Positions 25,720 to 38,711 of a DNA stretch of 64,000 bases are shown here, in pieces; position 1 is the stretch's first letter; every line of letters begins with the position of its first letter. The notes under the pieces are model-generated. The model ran no database searches. It saw nothing but the letters and a program-made list of their open reading frames with translations, and was not told where the DNA came from. The position numbers and the translations under genes are program-made. The DNA comes from Lophium mytilinum (taxonomy: Eukaryota), in assembly GCA_010093605.1 (NCBI GenBank), contig MU004191.1, positions 1,348,816 to 1,412,815 on the forward strand, in the 5' to 3' direction.

Positions 25720-26234
25720 ATGGGTTCCGTCGTCTTGCCACATCTGCCCACCGGCTGGCACGTCGACCAGGCCATCATGTCCGAAGAAGAGCGTCTGGTC
25801 ATCATCCGTTTCGGCCGCGACTGGGACAAGGACTGCATGGCACAAGACGAAATTCTGTTCCGGATCGCCGACCGCGTTAAGAACTTCGCCGTGATATACC
25901 TCTGCGATCTAGACCAGGTCCCCGACTTCAAGCAAATGTATGTATCTTCCCCGGCCCTTGCGCATCCACTGCACAAGGCAACACCATCATGTCAAGAAGC
26001 AAAAGCTAACTGAGAAACAGGTACGAACTGTACGACCCCATGACCATCATGTTCTTTTTCCGCAACAAGCATATGATGTGCGATTTCGGCACCGGCAACA
26101 ACAACAAGCTCAACTGGGTTCTCGAGGACAAGCAGGAGCTGATCGACATCATCGAGACCATTTACCGCGGCGCGAAGAAAGGTCGTGGTTTGGTTGTGTC
26201 GCCGAAGGATTACTCTACCCGCTACCGATACTAG
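25720..26234 (+). CDS. DIB1: U5 snRNP thioredoxin-like protein Dib1/Dim1
   Basis: MGSVVLPHLPTGWHVDQAI...VPDFKQM|YELYDPMTIMFFFRNKHMMCDFGTGNNNK...KDYSTRYRY; one intron at about 25938-26021. Confidence 0.96.
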
Positions 26235-27202
26235 ACGTGCGTGGAACCCCTCTCGTCCTCATACAGCATTATTATAAGGACGACATTGAACATCTACGAA
26301 AACGGAGCTGGGTTGGTGATGAGGGAGGTTCCGTTAGAATTTAGGTCGAGGGTCGGTTTCACGGGGATGATGCACTTGAGAGATTACGAGGCGTTTCGGT
26401 TTGTCTCACTTTATCTGAGAGTATGATTACGATCAATATGCTAATGCGGATTGCCATTCAAGAACTTCCTCTTACTGAAGCACTTTGTAAGTGCTACTGA
26501 GTGCTACCTACTAACAGTGTTGTAGCCCATCCTTATTAACCCCAGCAAAACCGTGACTGTCGTAGAACTCCCGTACCCGAAGTCAACGTGGCATCTTTCG
26601 TAGCCTGGGGTCCGGGGTCTGATATCGCTCCTAACTAACTCGAAGCCATAGTCTCGAAGCTCGAGCATTATGAGACGCTACAAATAATCTCACAGTTTTC
26701 CTCGCGCGCTCGCTTTCGGCATATCATGATATATCATATCCGTTCCTACGCATATCGCGCGCTGAGGCGAGCAAAGCGGCACTCGGAAACTATGCAAGTG
26801 TTAAGCAGGCCCTGTCAGACCCTGAATTAGATCATAGTCCAGGTCGCATTCAAATGGATGCTGGGAAGGCCTTTGCTATACCTCCATGAATACTCGGTTG
26901 GGGTCTATCTGACCGTTTGCTGACCGTCCGTTGCCATCCGCTAATCCTCCGCCATCTAGCTCGCGAAATAATCTTCAGTTCCATGCGTTCTGATTGTACT
27001 CCCTATCAATGCTAACTCCAGATAAGGAGAATCAAGCTTCTAATCAGTCAACGAAATACCTAACGCCGAGTTGCGATGACGGGAGATATCCTGTCGTCTA
27101 GACTACAGGTCAGTATACTATCAGATGCGTCCCGACTCAGCCTCACGTACCTTTGGTATTCTTTTCAGGCATAATTATTCCAAAACTCTTTCATGATACT
27201 AA

Positions 27203-27730
27203 TCATGAGAGAATCTCATTTCCAAAAACCAGGTTGTCATAACCAATCATCACTTTTTGGTTTTGTATTATGAAATGCGACTCGTCCTCTTGAGAAATCG
27301 TTCAGCGTCTCTTGATCTTTTGGAATTCCACAGTCGAACTCACTATCAAGCGCCATTACAAAGTCAACATCGTTCATCACCTCCCTCCAGTCATCCAAGC
27401 TATCGAACCACAGCTCTTGCACGCCATCATAGTCAAGCGTCGGTAAACCCGCATCTTTCACTGCGCTTCTCAACTCGGGCGTGATATGGTACTGCCGGGA
27501 ATCATCAACATCATCCTTACTCCAAAGGCTAGCTAGGGCTAGAAGGTAGCTTGGTTGCTTACTTGGTTGTATCTGCGGATGTTCTCCCTAAAGACGTCGT
27601 TTTGCATCAAAACTTGAGCATTCCTCTCGGTCCACCACCGATGGAACTCCTCGTCAGTGCACTTGGGCGAGCGCGTTAGGTACACGGTGACTTTAATGTA
27701 TTTTGGAGGTTGCGGAGAAGCAGGAGCCAT
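27203..27730 (-). CDS. EthD-domain protein
   Basis: VYLTRSPKCTDEEFHRWW...IRRYNQ|YH...DYDGVQELWFDSLDDW...DESHFI; two introns. Confidence 0.8.
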
Positions 27731-28380
27731 TCTTTTTTACTTTGTGGTAGGATGTTTTTGGGTGGTTTTCATGCAGGACATATAAAAATGTCGGAAGAGA
27801 GTGAGGCGCGACGACGTACCCTGCAATGGGCGGTGAGTGGATGGAAACACGAGCAGATTTTTGTACTTGGGCCAAGTCCCTACCTAGCACTCTTCAGGTG
27901 GCATGCCGGTGTTTAGACGGACCACTAGGACTGAACTGTCACCTGCCACAGGCGTAACGCGCGTATAAAGATTGGGACTGTGATACCATGCTTGATTTGG
28001 CTGAGAGTGATAAAACACAGGCCAAGCAGAGGCGGGGAAGTTGGATGAGAAACAAGGGCTACCTAGCACCGCGTGGGGCAATTCCACGACGCTTGTTTCC
28101 TGATTTGACTTCCACCCTCTTCGATTAACCCCTCCCTTTCATTCCAGCATCTGCTTCTCTGCCTCAATTGGCTCCTATCAAAACTTCTCCAAAGGAGGTT
28201 CATAGCACACAGGCTGTATACATTCACCAAATAGGATTAGCCGCAACAATGACGTATGATTAACATTTGGGGGCTGGAATCGGGCAACCTCAATACTCAT
28301 GCTTCGATCACTTCCTCGCTTTCACCTTTTCTAGTCATCTCATTTCAACTTTGCATTTCACTCTTTTCTATGCGGGTTTC

Positions 28381-29799
28381 ATGGCTGAAAAGGTGGATAA
28401 AACCGCTGAGCTTGGTCGAGATCATGAGAACACAACTCCCGGAGAATCTGACGAGTCAAGCCATGAGCAAGACGGTGCAGAGAAACCTAGCGATCAGAGT
28501 CATAATAAGGAGGAGGTCGAGGGAGACATAAAACACAACTCCACGCGTGGAAACGTGCTTTTCGCTTTTGGCCCTAACCGGTCGTACTTCATATACACGA
28601 ACCCAAGGTGGCAATAGTATGTGTCTGCTTCAGACTGGGTCAGGTATTTTGATATCAATCTGACGCCCATACAGCAGTGGTCCTGGAGCTGTGGTGAAGG
28701 CCGTACCAGACACAATACTTCCCCCATATGCTGTCTCAATCACCCCCGAAGGCGACTTATTCTTGGCGTACAAAGACGAGCACCTCTCACCAGCTTGGAC
28801 GTGGATCAACGCTCCAGACCAAGGTAAGGCTTTCTTGCCTCGGCGTTAGCTTCACAGTCAGAATATCTCATTCAATCATCCTCTAGTGATCGCGACTAGC
28901 GCTGCCGAGCAATGTTTGTAGCCACTCCTTACCACCTCGTGCGATTCTGATTAGAAATAGGGGCGCAGCAAAGAACAGCATATAAACAGTTATTCGACAA
29001 GATTGCAAAGTCTGATGCTGGCTCCCTGGAGAAACTCCGCAACGTATCCGTAACCATCGGTCCTAAGGGCAGTTACTTCGCGCGCTCATCAACTGGCACA
29101 CTACAACACAGACTCCCACCCGACCTAGCATCCTCAATCGCGACCCAAAAGTCCGCCAACCCGCCCATCGAGCCCACCCAAGTCGCTCTCGGCATCAACG
29201 GAACGTGGATCGCACTCTGGTCCGACGACACGTGCACATACAACATCGGCACCAACGCGCAACTCGAGGAGAACCTCTGCGATGAAACCAAGGGCCGGGT
29301 TGCATTCGCGGCGCTGAGCGTGCACAACGACGAGCATTTCTTCCTCGCATATGAGAACGGTGCGACATGGTATTGCGTGCCTACCACAAGCGACAACTAC
29401 ATCGGCCACGCTACGAATGCGTACATGCAATCCCGCGCTCAGCAGGACGGCACGACGTTTCAGTTCAAGCGTTGGGACCCGCGGAGCACAACGCATGTGA
29501 CGATATCGCCATCCACGAAGTATGAGTTTCCGGCCCATCTTCACAAGGAGGACGCAGGGCCGCGTGCGTGGCGTCAGATGGTGCAAACGCGCCTTTTTTC
29601 CAGTATGGAGACCGATGCGATGAGGAGACTGGGGATGCATAGATTGGCGAGAAGAGAGAACATGGTTGCGATGGGGTCGGCGGCGGTTAGTACGGCCGTT
29701 GTCTGTCGTGCTTTGCAGCTTTCTCGTGGCGCTACGATTGTGGCGGCGGGAGTGGCGGCGGGCGGGACGGGCGCGCTGTGCTTGTTGTTGCAGAAGTGA
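28381..29799 (+). CDS. Hypothetical protein with repeated (F/I/L)G-P-x-x-S-Y-F beta-strand motifs and C-terminal hydrophobic segments
   Basis: FAFGPNRSYFI, VTIGPKGSYFARS, VALGINGTWIALW and AALSVHNDEHFFLAY across exons split by introns near 28617 and 28823. Confidence 0.55.
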
Positions 29800-30054
29800 G
29801 GAAGGAAGATAAGAAATGGTCAGTAGTTACTGGAATGGAGGCTTGTTCGTTTGGAGATATGTTCATGGTACGCGATCTTAATGTGGTCAGGAACGCAACA
29901 TTTGTCCTTTATCAAAAGAGGCTGCAACGGCAGACAATCCTACACAGACTGAACCCGAGGTTCTATATCCCCAATCTAACTTCTACCCCCAACGCACTAC
30001 CCAACCTACTCTCATCTCTCACACCTCTTCCTCCAAACCCCACCATCTCTTCCC

Positions 30055-32306
30055 TCAAACCACCTCCGCCAACCTCCCCACCTCCGCTACCGCCTCCTCA
30101 AACCCATCAAACGCCCCAATCGGCAACCCACTCTCCGCCAGCACCCGCCTCCCCACCTCCTCATTCGTCCCCCTCAACCTCACCACCACCGGCTTCTCCA
30201 CCCCAACCTCGCGATACGCCAGCACCACCCCGGCCGCAATCATATCGCACAGCGTCAGCCCGCCGAAGATATTCACAAACACAACCGCGACACGGGGGTC
30301 CGCGAGAACCAGGCGGAAGCTAGTCGCGATAGTCGCGGCCGTGGCCTTGCCGCCCGTGTCGAGGAAGTTCGCGGGGGATGTGTGCGGCAGGCGGGTGGTT
30401 AGGACGTCGAGGGTGTTCATGGCGAGGCCGGCGCCGTTGACGAGGGTGCCGATGAGGTTTGTAGGGGAGGTGGGGGTGGGAGGGGAGGGCAGGGGGATGT
30501 AGACGATGCCAGCGGCCTCGGCTTCGGTTTCGGTAGGGGATAGTGCTGCGCGGAGGGCATGGAGGGTTTCGTGGCGGTACGCGGACTTGAAGGCGGCGTC
30601 GTCGAAGGTGAAGGAGGGGGTCGAGATGTTGAGAGTGGAGGAGGATGGGGGGATGGAGAGGTTGACGGTTAGGGTGAGGGCTTCTTTGGATTTGTAGAGG
30701 TCCCAGAGGTCGGAGATGAGGGAGGCGGCGGCGGCTTTGGCGGCGGGTGGGGCAGCGTCGAGTTGGAGGTGCGAGAGGGCGGCGAGAATGGTGGATTTGG
30801 AGGGGCCGGTGCGGTAGTCGAAGGGGATGCGGCGGGAGCGTTTGGGGAGGTGCTCTGGGTCGGTCGTTGGGGAGGCTAGGACGCAAGGGCTGCGGGCGGA
30901 GCGGTCGATGGTAATGCCGACTAGGTGGGTGTCTGATGATGAGGGCGGGCTTGGGGAGACGGTGATGTTGTAAGGAGCGAGGAGCTCGGCGGCTTGATCT
31001 GTGGTGATGTGGAGACCACGAGATTGAGGCAAGAGTTTCGAGCGAGAGAATGATGGCTGTGGGCGATGAGGCGTTTGGGAAGTCTGGTATGATCTTCGTT
31101 GGTTTGCAGCAGACTTTTGCTAGCATAGTGTCAGACGTATACGGCTGTAAGTAGGAATGAAGCTTACAATCTCTTGAACATTCCTTCCACTGCTTGATAG
31201 GAGTCCTTTCATCACATTTCCAAACTTGGCTGGATGATCTACCATAGTAACCCCGGCTTTTTCCAGAGCTTTGTACTTACTCTCCGCATTGCCCTCTCCA
31301 ATTCCAGTCCAAGCTCCTGCATGTCCCATGACTTGGCCAGGGACAGCTTGGAAGCCACCGATCACGGCTGCGATGGGCCTGATACAACTAGTCAGAGAGC
31401 GAGATAGGAGTTATCGAAGGAATATACATACTTGGGGTTCTCAGTCCGCTTTTTATAGTCTTTGATCCACTCGGCTGCCTCCTCCTCCGCAGTCCCACCC
31501 AACTCGCCTACTAAGATGATTGCCTCGGTGTCCTCGTCCGTCTCAAAGATAGTGAGGCCGTCAACAAAATTAGTCCCAGCAATCACATCGCCACCCATTC
31601 CTATACACAAGCTTTGGCCGAGCCCAGCTCTTGTCAACGATCCAACAGTTTCGTAGCTCAGGGTTCCAGATTTGGCCACGATACCTATATGGCCAGGGGA
31701 GAAGGTTGACAGGGGTTGAAATCCAATCCTGCATTTCCCAATTGCTGAGATGATTCCAGGGGCATTAGCGCCGACTAGTCGTGACTTTGACTGAGTGCTG
31801 AGAATCGAGTGTATCTGAAATTCTTTAGCAACAGCTCATGGAAAGAAGAAGTAGTATCATAATACCCGCATAACATCATGCAGAGGGACATGCTCCGCAA
31901 CCGCTACTATCAAAGGGATCTCTGCTTCAATCGCCTCCTCTATAGCTGACGCAGCATGCTGAGCTGCTACAAAGATGGCCGTTGCATCTGGGTTAAGCTT
32001 CTCTTTGGCAGCCCTCACACTGGGCAGAACCGGAAGACCAAGATGCTCTGATGTGGTGCCAGGTTTCACGCCTCCAACGATATGGGTGCCCCAGTCGATT
32101 GACTGCTGGGCATTTGCTGTTGCTTGCTTTCCAGTGAAGCCTTGGTACATTACCCGAGTGTGCTTCCCAATCTTAAGGTTCGGGATGGTTTCCGCGTATC
32201 CATTGCGAGAGATAGAAGTCGAGAACGAACGAGGACCGTATTTACCAGCATACGCATGCCTTGAAGGATGTAAGACAATCCTTGGCGAAATACGGAGAAT
32301 TAACAT
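30055..32306 (-). CDS. Succinyl-CoA synthetase-like alpha-beta fusion protein, mitochondrial
   Basis: Alpha-subunit motifs RVMYQGFTGKQAT, IVGGVKPG, AKSGTLSYE and VMGHAGA (phospho-His) are spliced in frame to beta-subunit motifs FDDAAFK, IGTLVNGAGLAMNTLD, PANFLDTGG, VNIFGG and PVVVRLRGTN. Confidence 0.85.
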
Positions 32307-32943
32307 GACGGGCACGTGCTCGCTAGATGAGCAGTCGTATGGATTCTTGAGCAAAGGAAACGACCGGCGCCCTTTAGTCTCGTGGAATGTCTATAAGAAG
32401 GACCGGGCGTCCGTATGACTAGGGCCAGTGCAATTGACTCTTTCTGCTACTTTTGAGAGGAGTAAGATTGAATTTGAGACGCGGGAATACCGAGGAAATA
32501 ACGACTCGTGACAACAGCACTCGGCGGGCGACCTCGGGAAGTCGCAATTGGGGTCAAAATCAACGGAAATATGAGGTAAAATCCAGAAAAGGACGACGCG
32601 GTCTTTCTATCTATTTTAACGTACGACGACTGTCAATTTCATTGGAAAATAAGAAGCAACTATAGAGAAATGTAGAAAGGGAAAGTCGTCGAGTGACGTT
32701 GGAGCTTGCCCGTTGGAGCTTGGACGACGTTCCCCTCCATTTATCCCCACACTTTGGTCCGATCTTGTTCCTGATGGATCGGCACTTTGTCTCCTTGTCA
32801 CCTCCCAACATTCCACCTCAACGAAGCTGCTTGCATATACAGCTTGAAGCGATCTGCTACAATCCCATCCCTACCTCCTCTCTACATGATCCACACGACA
32901 AACTAGCACTCTCGCCCAAAGCACCCCCATAAGTACCCCCACA

Positions 32944-33594
32944 ATGTCTCACACCACCCCCTCCGAATCAGGTACCCTCTCCCCAACCCCCCCCGCCTCC
33001 TCCACTCTAACCAACACCCTAGAAGTCACCAGCGCCATCAGCAGCCTCAAAATCAACACCGCGCCGGCCTCCCTCTCCACAAAATCCACCATCAAGCCCA
33101 AGAACCAAAAAGTCGCCGACTCCTGGGACGACGACGTCTCCGACGGCAGCGCCACCGAGACCGAGCCCGACGGCGTGCTCTCCCCCTCCCTCTCCAACGT
33201 CTCGTCCGCCTCCACCTCCCTCAAGCCCACAGCCTCAAACACCCCGCCGAACCCGCCCCCGCCGACCCCCGCGTCGCCCACCGCTGCGCCGTTCGGCTTG
33301 CCGGACGCGCCGCCCTACTCATACGCGTATGAGGGGGATGAGGGGCGGGAGCGGAGTCGCAGTGGGAGCGGGGCGGCGAGTCCTGCGCGCAGGCCGGAGA
33401 AGACGACGGCGGTGGCGGGGAGGTTGATTGCGGCGGGGTTGGGGGTGAGGGCGCCGCGGCGGACGGAGGAGGAGCGGGAGTATGATCGTGTGATGCGGGA
33501 GAAGGAGAGGAAGAGGCGGGATGAGGAGAGGGATAGGAAGAGGCGGGAGGAGGCGGAGAGGGAGAGGAGGGTGAAGGCTGCTTGGGATGATTAG
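32944..33594 (+). CDS. Conserved fungal hypothetical protein (ADSWDD...RPEKTTAVAGRLIAAGLG), convergent with SUMO
   Basis: 216-aa ORF; low-complexity N-terminus, RLIAAGLGVRAP motif and charged C-terminal helix ending AWDD. Confidence 0.7.
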   Translation: MSHTTPSESGTLSPTPPASSTLTNTLEVTSAISSLKINTAPASLSTKSTIKPKNQKVADSWDDDVSDGSATETEPDGVLSPSLSNVSSASTSLKPTASNTPPNPPPPTPASPTAAPFGLPDAPPYSYAYEGDEGRERSRSGSGAASPARRPEKTTAVAGRLIAAGLGVRAPRRTEEEREYDRVMREKERKRRDEERDRKRREEAERERRVKAAWDD

Positions 33595-34241
33595 AAGAGG
33601 AGTTCGGCGGCTCGAATGGTCTGGTTTGTTGCGTTTCGTTTTATGGGCCGGGTTGGGTGGCGTGGTTTGGGAATCGTGGTGATGGGACACGATCTGTATG
33701 AGATATGGTGTTCCTCGAGCTGAAAAACCAGGTGGAAGTTTCAGGTTCTTCTGCTGCCCTTGTACGCGTAAATAATGTTGAAAGTACTCTGGATACGATG
33801 ATGAAAGATAGCCTGTTACGGAGTCGTAATAATGTGGGCTCATGGCCAAATGCGTCTAGCAGACATCTTTATTGGGTTACATGCGTCACTAGTGAACTTG
33901 TAGATAGAACCGATGAATTTTATATTTATGTCCGAGAAGCACAAAAACATGCATAGCCCCATCTTGAACTTCCCGGTGGTGTCGTGGAATAGAAAGGGAT
34001 ATTGGGGAAGCCTTCAATGTCAACACCAGTTGGACGCCAAAAGCGCCATCTTCGAGTAGTTCCCCCGGAACACCCAGAAATCGAGGAAAACCACCCGCAT
34101 AAGATTCGTTCGTTCATTCAAGTGGAAAACCCCTCGCTCCCACCCTCCTCAGATCCGATATATCATAAGCCGTTTTGTCGCCCGGTCGGGAAACCTATGT
34201 GGTGCCGTCGTTCATCGAAAGTCGTCGGGGAAATGGCTTGA

Positions 34242-34714
34242 TCAACAGCCGCCAATCTGCTCCTGGTGGACCTCGAGCGTATCGCCGTCTTGCATTTCGA
34301 GCTACCACAAAATGTCAGTACTGTAAGAGAAGCGAGTCTGCGATTGAGTGGCGAGAAAGTAGGGCTGCGGTAGACGTGCTTCCGAGTTCTATACTGATAT
34401 TCTAGGCAAGAACTACCATGATATGGTGGTGTATTACTTGGGATAGGGCATTGTAGCCACAGAAAGCAACGGTCACTCACAGATTCGGGGTTGTCGGTGG
34501 GTTGGACTCGGACGCCTTCGAACAAGAAGCGGACACTCGCGAAACTTTTGCCCTGACGGTCACAGAAAGCGTCCATCAGCTTCTTCAGCTGAGTGGTACG
34601 CTTTATTTTGAAGAAAACTTCATTGTTGTTGTCGGTGACTTTGATGTTCAGGTGCTCTGACTGCTCAGCCCCCTCCGGCTTCTGCTGCATGTTGGGACTG
34701 CCGGAATCGCTCAT
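34242..34714 (-). CDS. SMT3: SUMO (Smt3)
   Basis: EHLNIKVTDNNNEVFFKIKRTTQLKKLMDAFCDRQG...VRFLFEG|LEMQDGDTLEVHQEQIGGC*; one intron. Confidence 0.97.
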
Positions 34715-36407
34715 CTTGAGGAAATGTAGGTAGGATCAGTTGTGGTTGTCTGGATGATGAAGTTGATGGTGGAGGTGGTGGAGGTGATGAAGCTGCTGCT
34801 GCCTGTTAGCCGGTGAAGTATTTGAAGGACAGGCTGGCGTGACCAACCTGTGGGCGGCGGACGCGCGAGGTGATATGGCAGCGGAGTTTGTGCTATTGCC
34901 GTGCAGGCCCGCGCGAGTTTCACGTTCTGGAGGGTCGGCGAAGAAGCTGGGGAGGAGCTGGAGGAGTGAGAAGGGTGTGGCAACTGGCAGGCGGATCAGA
35001 AGAGACGAGATGGTTCGTTGTGGATGTGTCAACGAGAGTAGTGAGGTGGAGGATGTCTGGTGGGGTCTTGAAAGAAGGGCCAATGCGGAAGCGAGCCGCG
35101 AAAACTGGGCGAAGGGTGGCAATTGAGTATTTCACTGCTCTGCAAGACCTTACTGTGTTGATCAAAGAATAAGAGCGCTTCGAGACCCTTCTGCGCCCTT
35201 TATACTCGCCGCCGCGCTGTCTGTCGGGTGTCCACGTGACGAACTGTCCTTGTGACACTATGGTATCTAGAGCAAACACCTCTGCATCGAGCCGCGCTGA
35301 TTCGCCCCAGGGACTTAAGGACGACCTCAAGACTGATCCACCGTGCCATCCCAAGGCGTGTGCTATACAGGGTGGGTCATTAGGCCTTCTCACAGCACCA
35401 ATTCTGATCACACAGTATAGATTGCCTGCAGAAGTCAAACTACAACGAAGACAAGTGTCGGAGCCAGGTCGGTTCCTAAGCTGTTCACGCCCAAGCAATC
35501 TAACTAACAGACAAGGTCGATGCTCTGTATGAGTGCTGCAACGAGTTCTACAAGGAGAATGGGGACAGCGCGAGCACTGTCAGCTGCCCCAAAGCATCTC
35601 TATTACGGTGAGAGCTCACGGTGCAGCTTCATCGCCCTCCTCTCATCCATGCTAACCATACGGCAGCCTTAAGATGAAGCAGAAAGCTCAGGGCTTGTAG
35701 ACAGCAGACGGCAGACGGCAGGCAGGATCGTGGCATAGATTCTAATATGTAATAACCGGATCCAACCCCAATAGTCACTGGGAAAATTGAGCGAGGAAAG
35801 CAGATATGTTGGTATAAGACGGTCGTGAGCGCGCAAAGAGGCCGCAAGGACCTGCTCAAACATGGAGTATTGTTTGAACCGAGACTCTAATGACTGCCTA
35901 AAGACATTGTTGAAGAAAAGAAGAGGACGAGAAATTTTTTGGTTGGTTTTGAGAAGCGAGATCGGCGCTAGGCCCAGAACAGCTGGCCTGCATAACATGC
36001 ATATTTTTGGCCATGCAAGGAGCAATGCAGTGAATTGACGTTTGAAATACTGTTTTTGAGATCGTAGGCATGCGTGACTATGGCGTTTTATGTATTCGAA
36101 AGCATTCCAAGCAGACTTGAGGAGATCTTGAAACAACGCCAAGTACTTGCTGATCGGGGCTGAATCCGTCGGAGGAGCTGCCACCTATCGATTCTCGACT
36201 CGGAGTTCCTTAAGAAGCTCATCTCACGCCCTACATTGTTACTGTAACTTACTAGCGACGCGTTTGCTCGTCCCTTGTTAGCCGTGAACGTGCCATATAG
36301 CTTCCCCCGCCTGCGACTGGCTCCTGAGCTCCACGATCCGACCCTACGACCGCCTCGTGCCCCGAAGCTACCATAGCCCCCCCTATCGCGATGAGACGGT
36401 GACACGC

Positions 36408-38711
36408 ATGTTCGACGGAGGACGCCACCGGACTCGAGGAGGACTAGGAGTCGCTCCTGAGTCCAACATGGTGACACGCACTATATTTCCCACGGATGAA
36501 GAGCTTGGGAAGAAGGACGACGACCACAAACCCACCAGGTCACCTACGTGGAGCGCGTTGCGGAATCCATTACGATGGCGTAGAAGGCGGATACTCCTAG
36601 CGTTAGTCGGCCTCTATCTGCTATACGTTTTCATACACAACATTCCAGATCTGGGCGAGGAAAATGGAAGGAGACCGCCGAAGATACCACTCACGAAGAG
36701 CGGGAAGAGTTCATCCTCTGACCTCGGGCCCCCTACTGGACCACCACCGGGTACAAAGACGCCGAAAGACGAGGAAACGTCGCATACATACAGTGGAAGA
36801 ATCCGCTTCTACAAGTTGGGGGCTACGCTGCAAGGGTTCTATATGGGAAACCGTTATACCAATAGAAATGTCCTTTTCGCGGTGTCGAATCTGAAGAGCG
36901 CTTCAGTCATGCTACCACTGGCATGTGAAATGTCAAAATGGAACAGGAATGATGTCCATCTGGCTTTTGTGGGCCGCGAGGACATCCCTCTCGAAGACAT
37001 CCTCGAGATTAATGGAGTGGACGAGAAGAAATGCAAGGTCTATTGGCATGACGCCCGCCCGGATTACTCCGAATACAGCACCGATTTCCGCGCCGAAGCA
37101 AGTGTCACTGCGGCTATGAATCACATACACAATTACCTCCACCCACAGGTGGCTATCATTGATGATTCTGTTTCAGAGGATGCCTTCTTCGTAAGAAGCA
37201 TACGAGCGAAAGCAAAAGTCCAAGACATGCCTATTATTGAAATTCCAAAAGACGGATCTGAGAACTTCCTATGGTTGGGCAGACTAGATGCTGGATCATT
37301 AAGGTCGTGGCACCGCTCCACGATCGACATTCTTATACAAGCTCCCTCTCAGTCGTCTGGGTCACTCATTCGCCTGCTCCGATCAATCCAAACTGCCGAC
37401 TATAGGGGGTTAAAACCTCCTCGATTGATTATTGAGCTGCCGACGAGATTAGACCCCCCCACTCAATACTATCTAGAAAACCTCATCTGGCCACCTGCGG
37501 CGAAAGACAGCCCTCTTGCTACTAGCGAGATTATTTTACGACATCGCATCCCTAACGAACAATCATCTCAAGAAGAGTCTTCCATTCGATTTTTAGAAAG
37601 CTTCTTCCCCACGAGCCCCGCAAATTCTCATGTTCTCTTGCTATCCCCTCAGGCTGAACTGTCTCCGCTATATTATCATTACCTCAAGTACAACCTCCTT
37701 GAATACAAGTACTCTACGTATGGCGCAGAAGATGCTGCAGATGTCATGGGTTTGGCTCTAGAACTTCCATCCTATCTCTTGGACGGAACTTCATCCCTAA
37801 AAGCGCCCACCTTAGTGGACATGCACGACTCCAAGTACAAGGCTATGACCGGAGTTCCCAGCGTCCCTTTTGTTTGGCAAGCACCAAACAGCAACGCAGC
37901 TCTGTACTTCGGAGATAAGTGGGTGGAACTCCACTCCTTCCTCAGCAACCGCATATCCGCAGAACGCCGAACCCCAAAGAGAGCGCCCCGCGCCAAACTC
38001 ATCTCCGAAACCTTCCCCGCGTGGGCCGAATACATGCTCGAATTCATGCGAACCCGCGGCTACGGCCTCATCTACCCAGGCACTCTGTCTTCAGAAAGCC
38101 TCGCCAAAGTCCACAACGAGCTATACCAATTGCCCGAAGAATTCCAAGTGCCCCTCTCAGAGCCTAAACCCAAAGACAGCGATGCTCCGCCGCCGAAAAA
38201 GCCAGAGCAGCCCTTCCTAACAGATGAAGCCCCGCCTCCGCCGCCGGTCAACGCGGAATCGCCTCTCGTCCCTTTCTCTCGACCCCTCCACGCCGCACTC
38301 CCATTCGAGGGCGACCTCCCCGAGATCCCTCACTTGCCCCATCTGCTCTACTCAGGCGAGCTCATCGCGCCGGCAAACGTCACGCGCGAGGCAGACGCCT
38401 TCGCCGCCAAATTCCGCGAAGAGATCGGAGGGTGCGCGCCTGTTCCCAAGGGACAGCGGCGGAAGGTTCTTCCTGGAAGCGCGAGAGATCTGTTCTGTTT
38501 TGGGGATGAGGACGAGGACGACTTTGAGGATGAGGAGCAGCCGCTGCTGGGGTCGGAAGCTACCGATGCGTTCTGGGGGCGCAAACCAGCAGTAGTCGAA
38601 GAAGAAGATGCTACTTCAGTTGTTGCGCCGGCGGCGTCGGCGTCGGCGTCGGCGGCTGCGAGTGAGATGCCGGTTAGCAGTGCGGCGGCAGTAATGAAGG
38701 AGGGGGTGTGA
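36408..38711 (+). CDS. Type II membrane glycosyltransferase-2-like protein
   Basis: Long intronless ORF; DEELGKKDDD, single TM after RRRR, WHDARPD, RFLESFFP, VLLLSPQAELSPLYYHYLKY, WQAPNSNAALYFGDKWVELHSFL. Confidence 0.7.
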   Translation: MFDGGRHRTRGGLGVAPESNMVTRTIFPTDEELGKKDDDHKPTRSPTWSALRNPLRWRRRRILLALVGLYLLYVFIHNIPDLGEENGRRPPKIPLTKSGKSSSSDLGPPTGPPPGTKTPKDEETSHTYSGRIRFYKLGATLQGFYMGNRYTNRNVLFAVSNLKSASVMLPLACEMSKWNRNDVHLAFVGREDIPLEDILEINGVDEKKCKVYWHDARPDYSEYSTDFRAEASVTAAMNHIHNYLHPQVAIIDDSVSEDAFFVRSIRAKAKVQDMPIIEIPKDGSENFLWLGRLDAGSLRSWHRSTIDILIQAPSQSSGSLIRLLRSIQTADYRGLKPPRLIIELPTRLDPPTQYYLENLIWPPAAKDSPLATSEIILRHRIPNEQSSQEESSIRFLESFFPTSPANSHVLLLSPQAELSPLYYHYLKYNLLEYKYSTYGAEDAADVMGLALELPSYLLDGTSSLKAPTLVDMHDSKYKAMTGVPSVPFVWQAPNSNAALYFGDKWVELHSFLSNRISAERRTPKRAPRAKLISETFPAWAEYMLEFMRTRGYGLIYPGTLSSESLAKVHNELYQLPEEFQVPLSEPKPKDSDAPPPKKPEQPFLTDEAPPPPPVNAESPLVPFSRPLHAALPFEGDLPEIPHLPHLLYSGELIAPANVTREADAFAAKFREEIGGCAPVPKGQRRKVLPGSARDLFCFGDEDEDDFEDEEQPLLGSEATDAFWGRKPAVVEEEDATSVVAPAASASASAAASEMPVSSAAAVMKEGV

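Noticed and set aside
35669..36184. 171-aa minus-strand ORF between SUMO and the GT2-like gene
   Set aside because: No recognisable motif or gene-like composition; probably a chance ORF in a divergent promoter.
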